60,000 nt of DNA from Lama guanicoe (Eukaryota), in the NCBI GenBank assembly GCA_013239625.1, contig MU053881.1, positions 16,484,373 to 16,544,372 on the forward strand, given 5' to 3'. The notes beneath the pieces are model-generated. The model had not been told where the DNA came from. It searched no databases and worked only from the letters and a program-made list of their open reading frames with translations. Position 1 is the stretch's first letter. Every line of letters begins with the position of its first letter. The position numbers and the translations under genes are program-made. This document shows, piece after piece, positions 49,769-60,000 of this stretch.

Positions 49769-52700
49769 GGCTTGCTATCAAGTTTTGACACTTGCCCTTA
49801 ATTTGGACTTTGATGACAATAGCTAACGTGAGTTGAGTGCTTTAGGGTTTATTAACTGCTTTCTAACACATTGGCGTTTATCCACACAACAGAGAGGATT
49901 CTTATTTTACTGACGAAGGATTAGCTTTAGAGGAAGGCAATGATTTTCTGCTGTGAGGTAGGGTATGAAAAACCTGAATCAGGTCATGTGATTCACCTGC
50001 TTAGAACCTTTTAGACTAAAATTCCAATCCCTCCCCAGGAATCCCTGCTGGTCGGGTGCCTGCCAGCCTCTCCCTCCTCTTGCTCTCCCTGGCACCCACA
50101 CCACAGCTGTACTTGTGGCTTTTCTGTTCGCCCATAGTCTAAGCTCTCTCTGTCCTCATAATGTCCCATGGGCTGTTCCTTCTTCCTGAAGCACTCGTCC
50201 CTATTTCATCCCTTGGTGCTGCTACTGCCTGGCTCCTTTCAGGTTGCAGTTGAAATATCATTCTTCCCAGAGGCCTTTGCTAGTGACCTGTCATGTGTAG
50301 CCCCCTTCCCCCCCAGCAGTATCTCCCCCCAGCACCTCTCAGCACCCATCATGGTCCACAGGTGACTGTGTGTCTCTTTGCTGTCTGTGTCCCCACTAGA
50401 TCAGGTACAGGCCTCTTGCTCAGCGCTCCTGACTCTGCTTATTTCCCAGGGGGTGTCAGTTAAATCCATGAAGCAGAGACCAGGGAGTTGCACCACCCAG
50501 CACCCTTCACAGGTGGCTTTTCTCCTCTATTTGTGGCCTGGGGGCTGGGCCTTGGGGTGGGGGCAGAATTGAATGAGAATTTGTAGGAGCTCAATAGCCT
50601 GGATCCTCTGGTCTCTGACAAATTCTGGTTTCTGGCTGATGTGCTTTTTCATGTTCCTTTCTCTCTACTTTGGTTGAACGATGGTGTGGCCAGGTTGTCT
50701 TCTTTGGGTAATTTTGTCGATATTTACACATGTTAAGTGAAGCGCTGTACCAGGTTTTCCTGTCGCCCCAGGTATGAGGCATAGGCTTCCAGTCTAGCTG
50801 AGGGTCTCACACGAGTTCACAGATAATTACAGGGGAAGCATGGATATAACTGCAGGATAATTTCTGGCTGGGGGCAGTAGCAAGCCCCCTGGAGCGGGAG
50901 CCCGCGATCTAGTTGGATTGAGGTGTAGGGCATGCTTGCCACGTGGATGGCCAGTTGAAGGTGAGTAAAGCGAGTAGCCAGTGGGATTGTGGAGGGCCAG
51001 GTGGGGTGTTTTTCCTCTGCCTCCAGCACTGTCTGCACTTTCCCCATCAGCATCTTTCCTGGTCTTCTCCCTCCTCTCTGCCCTGTCTGTCACGTCCTCT
51101 CACTGTATGGTTTCCTCTGACCCTGGATATGAATCTTGTCAATTTGAAGAGTAGGCAGTACTCCCTCTAGAAGTGTTTTTTCCCACCTGTCCATGTCTCA
51201 TTGCCTCCCTGAACAGCCCCCCTTCACCTCTCCAAAAAACCATCTTTAATTGCAGCCCACCCTGGAAATGAGCCTGTGTCCCTTACCTGCTTTGTACCAT
51301 GTGCTCTCATAGGTTTCTGGTGACCTTGCCACCCTTAACCCCAGGAGCCTGTCCTTGAAGCTGGTCCTCCTCGAGCCTTACAACGCTTGTTAGTCACTGC
51401 AGCCTGCCCTTAGCCTTCACCGTCTCTCTTCTCCCAGATTTCCGCCTCCCTTGCTTGCAGTCTTTCTTTCTTTGTGTTCGTGTCTCTGGTGCAGAGCATT
51501 CCGATCCCCTCGCTGCTCCCACCTCCCCATGGCTGGAACCTCATCCTGTGACCTCCTGCTGCGTGCGTCTACCTGCCCCAGAGGCTGCTCTCTCTGAAGC
51601 CTCTTTGGTGAAGTCTTCCCTCAGCCCCACCTAGATGGAAGTTCTCCTTCCTGTGCCTCCCTCCTGGCTCCCAGACCCAGGGAGCACATGGTAACCAGAG
51701 GAGAGTGATAAGGAGAGACTGTCTGGTGCCCAAGGGGTTCCATCTTCCTTCCTCCTCCCTTAGTCATGTGTTTCTTTATAATGGGTGCCACTGTTCTAGA
51801 AGGATTTTATTTCCTTTTTGCAAATGGGAAACTGAGATCCACAGAGATTAAGTAACTTGCTGAAGTCCCATAGCTGGGGAGTGCAGAGCTGGGGTTGAAC
51901 CACATCCACCTGCCTGCAGTGCCCTGCTCTTTCCACTTTTCTAGGTGGCCCACCGAGCACCCCGCTGCCCACAGCAGCGCCGGGCGAATGTGTCTGGAAT
52001 GAAGGTTCAGTGCTTGGGACACTTGTTTGTTCTTTTGTCCCTTATTTTTCCCTCCAAAATAATTTCTAGTTTCTCTTAACTAGAATGCTAATGCTAATAT
52101 GGTATAAACTGGTGGGTAGGGACCCAGGTTTTCGAGTAAATTTGGCCCACCTGTAAGAGCCAACATTCCCTGGCTGTCTCTGTCTTACTGACCTGCATCA
52201 GCCTGGTTTTTATCGACTGCATGGCTCACAGTCAAGCAAGAACATGTAAGTTTTGCCTCTTCTGCCCCAGTTTTGAGCTTTAAAACAACTTTCCCATGCC
52301 TGGTTCTTAATCCCAATCAGCTAATCAGGGAAGTGAGTGACTGTCTTTGGTCAGATGTGTGGGTTGGAGTGTCTACTCTCTGACGCTTCAGGCTCTGCCT
52401 ACAGACATAACCACCACTGCCCAGATGAGAGGCACCTCATCAGCCCCGCTCCAGGGGGTGCTCTGGGGTTCCCTCCATCTTAATCTGACGTGAGCAGCTA
52501 GCATTCGGTTGGCAAGCTGCTCAGCATTCTTCCTTGAGTTGGCTCTCTGAGCCCCATTATCATTTGAAGCCCCTTCAGGGTGCCTGCATTTTAATGTTAG
52601 GGTCCCTAGATATCCTTTCAGTGCCCTCAGTTATGCTGTCCTTTCTGCACCTCAGTTCCCCCATCTTTAAACTGGGAATAATACTCTGTAGTTGTTTTAT

Positions 52701-52769
52701 CTGTCTCCCAGCAGTGGAGTGTCAGGATCCCTAGGGTGACAGATGTAAGCTCAAAGTGCCTTCATTTGT

Positions 52770-52984
52770 TTATTTTTAATTTTTTTTTATTGAGGAATAG
52801 TCGATTTACAGTGTTGTGTTAGTCTCTGGTGTACAGCATGGTAATTCAGTTATACACAGACATATAAATGTATTCTTTTTTATATTCTTTTTCATTATAG
52901 GTTACTACAAGATATTGAATGCAGTTCCCTGTGCTGTACAGTAGGACCTTGTTGTTTATTTATTTTATGTATGGTAGTTAGTAT
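52770..52984 (-). mobile_element. 5'-truncated L1 3' end
   Basis: Poly-T + L1 3'UTR; 20-bp TSD CTCAAAGTG(C/T)CTTCATTTGT at 52750 and 52985. Confidence 0.8.
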
Positions 52985-55900
52985 CTCAAAGTGTCTTCAT
53001 TTGTATATCTCACTGTTCCAGCATTTACTGGGCACCTTCTCTTGGCTGGCACTTTCTGGGCGATGGGATGTACCAGTGCGGCTGAAGACAGCCCTGCCCT
53101 AGGGAGCTGAGGGTCTAAGGAGGGGCACAGACATACAGAAATGAGCAAACACACACAGTGTAACAGTGCCGTCTGTACTGTGAGGACTGTTAAACAGAGG
53201 AGGGGGACAGTCAGACATGGAGATCTGGGGTGGCCTTACTACTCAGGCTCTAAGGACTGAGCAGAAAAGGCATTTTAAATGGCTCAGTTTATCCTCCCAG
53301 TCACCCTGGTCAGTCTTATCTTTGCTTTATAAAAGGGTAAACTGAGGCTCAGAGACCTTATGTCACTTAACAGAGGTTGCACCCAGCAGGCTCTCGCTGT
53401 TGCGGCTCTTGTGACCCAGGCCCCCCCCCCCCAGGCTCTGCATTGCACTGTAGTTTCCTGTTGTGGAATTTTTTTTTTTCTTTTTAAAGCTGCCAGGCAC
53501 GACAGTAGTGTGAGGTCTCATTTGTTTTTAAGCAGTAATCATGCTGCTTCATCATTAGAAACTATGGAGTCGGGTGGAGAGAAGATCGTTTGTTGACATT
53601 TTTGTTTTAATCTCATCTCATCGGCAGGTAGACCACCAGGAGATGGAAAGACCACCTCATTGTCTTTCTGAGGGATCAGCAGGTTTCCCTGCTGGAGTGG
53701 GTGCTCAGTGCTTTGAGACGCTGATGGAGGGGTGCCTGGCCCACAGGGAGAGAGACTCTGCTCAGGCTGGGGAGGCTCAGGCCATGATGGGCCATGGGGG
53801 TCATGAGAGGGGAGGGAGGAATGGCCTTTCTGACAGAGACAGAGCAGGGTGCATGGACGCTGAGAAGCTGGAATTCCAGCTCAAAGGACCACATGTGAGG
53901 CCGGAGCTGGGACTTTGGGGTACATGTCCCTCTTTTAATGAGAGTGGCTTGAGTTAGAAGGGAAGAAGGTGGCTTGGTAAAATGGGACACAGGAGTCTGT
54001 GCCTGGCCTACCAATTGGCCTGAGACAAAAAGGGGCTGACAGGACGTCTGCTTGCCCAGAGAGTGGCTGACTACAGACTAGGGGAGGAAGGGGGATCTGC
54101 CCGCTCTGCGGCTGAAAGGCTGCTCCCTGTTGAGTGCTTTCCCTGCCCCAGCAGTCCCAGTTCTTAACACTACAGGCTGTTGGAGGGAGGAGAGGTTACA
54201 GATGACCACAAACAGCCATCTCCTTAGATTTCCGCCCAGCTCTGCTTGCTGGGTGGGATAGTTGAAGTCTTGATAGCAGGGTCAATTTACCGACTGTGTT
54301 CATGACTAACTGATAGAGTCACTTCTCTTTTTGTTCACAGCGGCTGAAAGCAGGGAAAGGTGGTGCCGGGAAGCCTGGCCGGCACTGTCTAGGGACTGGA
54401 TCAGGCCTCTCCCCTTCCATCCACGGCACCCCTATGTCCTCCACCTCCCAGCTCTGTGGCTCTACCCTGCAGCCCCTAGGCCCTTCTTTCAGTCGTTTGC
54501 ACAGGTGACATTCTCTCTTGCCTCAGGGCCTTTGCACATGCTATTTCTGGCCTCTCTGGAGTGTCCTTTCCCCCTTCATCTCTGGTTAATCCCTCCTCTT
54601 CTTCATATCTCAGCTGGCACATCACTTCCCTGGCAGACTGGCCCAGCTTTTCTGTTACTGCCTTTGGGGATACCCTGTACTTTTCCACATACCAGTTTGT
54701 AATTTTCTATTGGTGGAAGTATTTGATTGATGTTTTTCTCCCCTCACTGCCTCAACTATGTCCACAAAGGCAGAGGCTATGCCTGTTTTAATTTGTCTTT
54801 GTACCCTCAGTGCTAGTGATCATCTGTTAAAGTGAAGACTGACTGCTAGGGCAGGTCCACTTTATGGGAGGCAGTGAGGAGCCATGACAGGTACTTGAGG
54901 AGTGAAGTGACACATTTAGATTGACTCCTCACACCGGGAATGCCCAGAGCTGTGGACTAGCTCAGGGACATTTCCTGGGATATGGACCTGAAGTGATACA
55001 GAGCAACGTGGCCTGAGGTTGTTTCTGAAAGAGCAGAAGGGGCCTGTGATACAGGATGTGTGGACTGGCTATTTGGACAGGGGCCCTCGCATGGGGGCAG
55101 GAAGCAGGAGGGAGAAGCAGGTGTGGTGTGTGCTGCCAGCAGGACAGGACAAGCCTTCCTGGGAGCCAGGTGGGTGGTGCCAGGTGGTGGCTGTGTCAGT
55201 GAGACCAGACACATCACCTTTGCAGCAGGCCCTCCTGGCCGGGCGAGACCCCACATAGAGGTGCAGTTGAGAAGCGGCCCATCCCCCGGGGACACCACCA
55301 GGTTCTGTTTACTGAGCACCTACTGCATGTTGGCTTGGGCCTAAGGTAAATAAAACTGAGTGGCTGTCCTTCAGATGGCTCGCCCGCAGCTGGGCTCCCA
55401 GGCATACAGATAACCAGGACACTGAGTTGCAGACAGCCTTGTGGAGGTCAGGCGGCAGCCTGCAGATGTGGAATGAGTTGCCTCCGCTGGGCTGGAAATA
55501 AGGAGAGGAGGAAGAGGGGACCTACATTTCCCTTTTTCTTTTCCCTCCTCTGTTCCGGTAGGACTGGAGGAAGCAGAGGTGTGCGGCCTTTTAGGCTGGC
55601 CGTGCATGGCACCGCTCCACCTCTGTCTTTATGGCTTGCTCCTCCCACCCACTCCACCCAGTCAGAGGCCTCTTCCAACGCTGGTCACTGGGAGTCTTCC
55701 AGAGTGGTGTCGGGGAGAGACTAGGGGCACAGGTCTTGCATGGAAGCAGGAAACTGCAGAGGGAGAGAGGTAAAGTGACTAGTTTCAGGCCTCCCAGGGA
55801 GGTGGGGTGCCAGGAACAGCCCACAGCTCTAAAGCTCTCATGGATGCCACACTGTGGGCTCCTGGGAGGGTGGGAGTGGTTCTGTCCCTGCTGTGTCCCC

Positions 55901-57894
55901 AGCCTCTGAAGCAGGCAGGTGAGAGTCATCGCTGAGTAATGGCTGCATGCCCTGAGCAGCCAGGAGTGCAGTCTCTCTAGTTGCCCCTGATGGTAGCCGA
56001 TTGGTGGGAACATTTTGTATTCTGTGTCTTGGGTGAAGAAGCAGGCACCAACTCTGCTGGTAATGAAAGTCGGGGCACTGCCTGCCACCCCCCGCCCCAG
56101 ACCAGCATCCTGATGGCCAGGCTCCCACCCATCCCCAGGGCTCCTGGTGCCTCTTCTGCTGTCAGAGGGTGTGGGAACGGGTTCTCTGATTTACTAGTGA
56201 CAGGAACAAGCATCCCTGATGATCCATAGAAAACTGGCTTTTCTTAACCCACATAGGATGGGCTTTTCACTTTTACATTTCCAGTGGAAAAGGAAAACTA
56301 TCTTCTTTCAGACTTTTTATTTAAAGATGAAAGATTAAACAGGCAAAAAACTTGGCAATGAAGCCATCACATGGAGACTGTTTAACCAGGACTCAGTTTG
56401 GGGCTGGATTAGCCCTCTAACTTCCCCACACTCTGGAAATGGCACTGTTCGTGGTTGGAGGTCCCAGGACCTGGCAGACCTGAATGTGTGTGATCAAAGA
56501 TGCTTCTCCCTTAGGTGCTCTCCTTGATAAAGATGAGAGCAGCTTCTGTGCCCAGTGCACATCTCATGTCCATTTTGAACACTCTGTCCATGGAGAAGCG
56601 GGTTCCCCAGAGGGTGAGCGGACAGCCACGATAGGCCATGGGTCAGGCAAGCCTGCGGAGCACTGTGGTGCTCACACACCAGGCTGTAGAATCAGCATTC
56701 TCTTTCAGGCAAAGGTTGTAGGGTTGGCATTCAACTTTTTGACTTTTTTGTTGTATTTTAGCCACTAGAAAATATTCTTTAATTCATAACTGTAGAAATG
56801 GGTTTTTATAGGTAGGTACTTAACCCACTGTGTGTGAAATTGTATGTTTTTTAAAAAAGCAGCCACTGAGACTAGGAGAACTGGTAAAAGACTGTCCTGT
56901 CCTGGTGTTGGGAGCAGCTCAGCCAGCTAGTTGAGAGAGAGAACGGGTACGATGTGTGCTGTAGCGTGTCCAACATTTGGGGAAATATTTCATTGTTTGG
57001 TAAAATGATCATTTGGCATGGCCGGCTGTAAGGATGATGATTTGATGCCTGCAGTACACATCCAAACTAATAGCTTTGCCTGACTTCTCTCCCCATTCCC
57101 CATGATTCTTTGTAGATAAATCCTTTTTCTCTGTCTCAGTGAGAATAATAACAGCAGCCTTAAGCATAGACATAACAGGGACTTCCCTTTGTAGAGGGCG
57201 ATTCACCTCCATATTCTCATTTGATACTTACAGAAATTCTCAGGGCAGGCACTACATTATTTCCTTTTTACAGATTGGGAAACTGAGGCCCCAAGAGGCT
57301 TGGCTTTGCTCGTCCACCAAGTGGTGGAGCTGTGTCTGTCCCAGCACTGACCCCTCGTCACCCATCTCACCCCCTTCCCACCCCAGATTCCACCTAAATC
57401 GTTTCCATTCCTTGATCAAACTTTTACCGAAGGTTTGGGCCCAGCATTACACAAGGTGGAGTAAGTGTGAAACCTCCACCCCCCCCCCCCGGGAAGTGAA
57501 AGGTAGGGGCCAGTCATTACAGTAGCCTTAACATAATTAGACTTTAAGAAGTGTCCCTTTTGTGAATTTGGGACTGTGGGAGAGAGGGACTCATTTCAGT
57601 TGGGAATTTGGGAGGCTTCTTACAGCAGAGGGGTTGGTGCTGGGGCTGGAAGGCCATTGGCTTTCAGCAGGCAGAGCCCCACCCCCCGCCCCCTGGACAT
57701 AGGGAATAATTTGTGCCCAGACAGGGGTGAAAGGTGCACAGTATGTTCAGGAAAGCATCCACCAGACCTGGGAGGGAGCCAGGGCTTGACAGCTGTTTGT
57801 GTGTCTGTGAGCAGGTGAGTGTGTGTGTAAGAGTGAGTTTAGGGGGAGGTTAAGCCTGCAGGGCCAGGAGGTGGCTGTGTGGCACATTAATTTT

Positions 57895-59680
57895 TTTTTT
57901 TTTTTGCCAGTTTTGAGATAATTGTAGATTCACATGCAATCGTTAAGAAAATAATAATAATGCAGAGAGATCCTGTGTATTCTTCATCCAGTTTCCTCCA
58001 AAACGGTAACATTGTGCAAATCTATGGGACACCATCCTAACTAAAACATTGTTAGTTACTCTGATGCAGAGTAACTGTTGTTGCCACACCCAATTCCCTC
58101 ACACCCCATTCCTTCCTTAACTCCTGGCAACTACTGATGTGTTCATTTCTATAATTTCTGCATTTTAATAATTTATAATGGAATCATACAGTTTGTGACC
58201 TTTGGCAATTGGCCTTTTTCACTCAGTGTAATCCTCTGGAGATGCTCCCAGGTTGTTGCCTGTGTCCACAGTTGACTCCTTTTCATTGCCAAGTAGCATT
58301 CCGTGGTGCAGAAGGACCATGGTTCATTGAAGCAGTTACCCACTGAAGGAGTCTGGGGTGTGTTAAGTTTGGGCCATTATGAATAAAGCTGTACTAAACA
58401 TTTGGGTTCAGGATGTTCTGTGAACCTCAGCCTTCATTTCTCTGAATGAATGCTGAGGACAGTTGCTGAGTCCTGTGATAGCTGCATGTTTAGTTTAGTT
58501 TTTTTTTTTTTTTAAAGAAACCGCCAAGCTGTTTTCTAGAGTACTTGTGCCTTTTTACTTTCCCACCAGCAGTGTACCAGTGATCCAGTTTCTCTGTATG
58601 CGCACCAGTGTCACTGTTTGTTTTGGTGATTCTGATAGGTGTGTGGTGGTGTCTGGCTGTAGTTTTCATTTGCATTTCCCAGCTAACCCTATGTTGGCCA
58701 GCTTTTCATGGGCTTATTTGCTATCTGTATATCGTCTTCGGTGAAATGTCCCTTCATGTCTTTTGCCCATGTTCTCATTGGACTGGTATGTTTTTTTTTT
58801 TTTTTTTTAAGAGTTCTTTATGTGTTCCAGAGACTAGTCCTTTGTTGGAGATGTGATTTGCAAATACAGTTGACCCTTGAAAAACACAAATTTGAACTAT
58901 GTGGGTCCACTTATGTGTGGATTTTTTTCAATAAATGTGTACTACAGCACTGCACCATCTGAGGGTGGCTGATTCCACGTGTGGAACCGGAGAAGTGGAA
59001 CGTGGGCGGCCAATCAGGAGTTATACTTGGAACTTTAACTGTGCAGAGGGTGGGCACCCCTAACCCCATGTTGTTCAAGAGTCAGCTGTATTTCCTTCCA
59101 GTCTGTAGCTTGTCCTCTTGTCAGGGTCTCTCAGAGATCAAACATTTTTAATTTTGATAAAGTCCAATTTATTGATTTTTTTTTCTTATTATGAATCAGG
59201 CTTTCAGTGGCAAGTCTGAATTCTTTGCCCAGCTCCCAACCCTGAATATTTTCTCCTATGTTTTGTCCTAAAAGTTGTAGCTTTACATTGAAGTCTGTGA
59301 TCCATTTGGAGTTAATTTTGTTAAAAGTGTGAGACTTATGTCCAGGCTCATTCTCTTCCTCTGAATGGTCAGTTGCTCCAGCACCATTTGTCAGACAGAC
59401 TCCTTTCCTCCTGAACGGCTTTTGCACCTTTGTCAGAAGGCCGTTGGACACATCTGTGTGGGTCTGTTTCTGCTCGCTATTCTGTTCTGTGGTTCTGTGT
59501 GTCTGTCCCTCTGTCACTGTCACACCGTCTTGATTACTGAGCTTTATAGCAAGCCTCGGAATCAGATAGACTGATTCCTCCCACTTGATTCTTTTTCAAA
59601 ATTATTTTAGCTATTTTAGTTCCTTTGTCTCTCTGTATAAATTTTAGAATAATCTTATCTATGTTAACAAAGAACCTTGC
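57895..59680 (-). mobile_element. Old L1 (3'UTR and ORF2 end), antisense in EPS15L1 intron 1
   Basis: ttttgagataattgtagattcacatgc...ggaatcatacagtttgtgacc...ccagcaccatttg. Confidence 0.8.
58867..59088. mobile_element. Tigger2-family (MER8-like) MITE inside L1
   Basis: TIRs CAGTTGACCCTTGAA / TTCAAGAGTCAGCTG with TA target duplication on both sides. Confidence 0.8.
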
Positions 59681-60000
59681 TGGAATTTAGGAGGAGACAC
59701 GTGAAACCTGCATATCGGGATGTACACATTTACCACAAGTTGTTGCACTGGCCTCCAGGAAGGCTGGTCAGTTTATCTTCTCACTCGCAGGGCCCAAGTT
59801 TTGTTTCCACCCTTGCCAACCCAGTCTGGCACCTCTTTGACTGCACATCTGATAGCAAGCACTGGCATTTCATTCTATTCTGCAGTGCATCAGTTCAGTG
59901 TTTTCCCCTAACTTTGCTACATCTCTTCTTTCAGAATCACCTCTTTCTTTTCCTTTGCTCATTTTAAAATTGGGATGTCTTTTTCCTTGGGATTTATGAA

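Noticed and set aside
48232..60000. Further EPS15L1 exons or a novel nested gene
   Set aside because: No EH-domain-like coding exon recognised; sequence is intronic with MIR, L2 and L1 relics

Overview
Mammalian genomic DNA, probably a camelid, judged from multiple tRNA-Ala-derived Vic-1-like SINEs and no Alu-like elements. The gene order matches the human 19p13 block CHERP - C19orf44 - CALR3 - EPS15L1. Splice-site and reading-frame reconstruction gives: (1) the last 10 coding exons and 3'UTR of CHERP (+, 559-9172, PAS 10429); (2) the complete C19orf44 CDS (-, 7 coding exons, 19321-10975, 631 aa), with a splice donor 10 nt after its stop codon that appears to splice into the body of CHERP; (3) complete CALR3/calsperin (+, 9 exons, 21197-43532, 385 aa ending RNEL), head-to-head with C19orf44 at a CpG-island promoter; (4) the CpG island and first coding exon of EPS15L1 (+, 48199-48231), followed by intron 1. 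Introns contain L1, SINE, LTR and DNA-transposon relics. No prokaryotic or CRISPR-type system is present. The most interesting leads are a candidate CHERP poison exon, a regulated-looking final CHERP intron that splits the G-patch, the CHERP/C19orf44 antisense interleaving, an 84-bp duplicated promoter module plus a perfect RFX X-box, a 26-Q CAG tract, and a recursive-splice-like CALR3 exon. Gene and repeat-family names come from recognition, not database searches.
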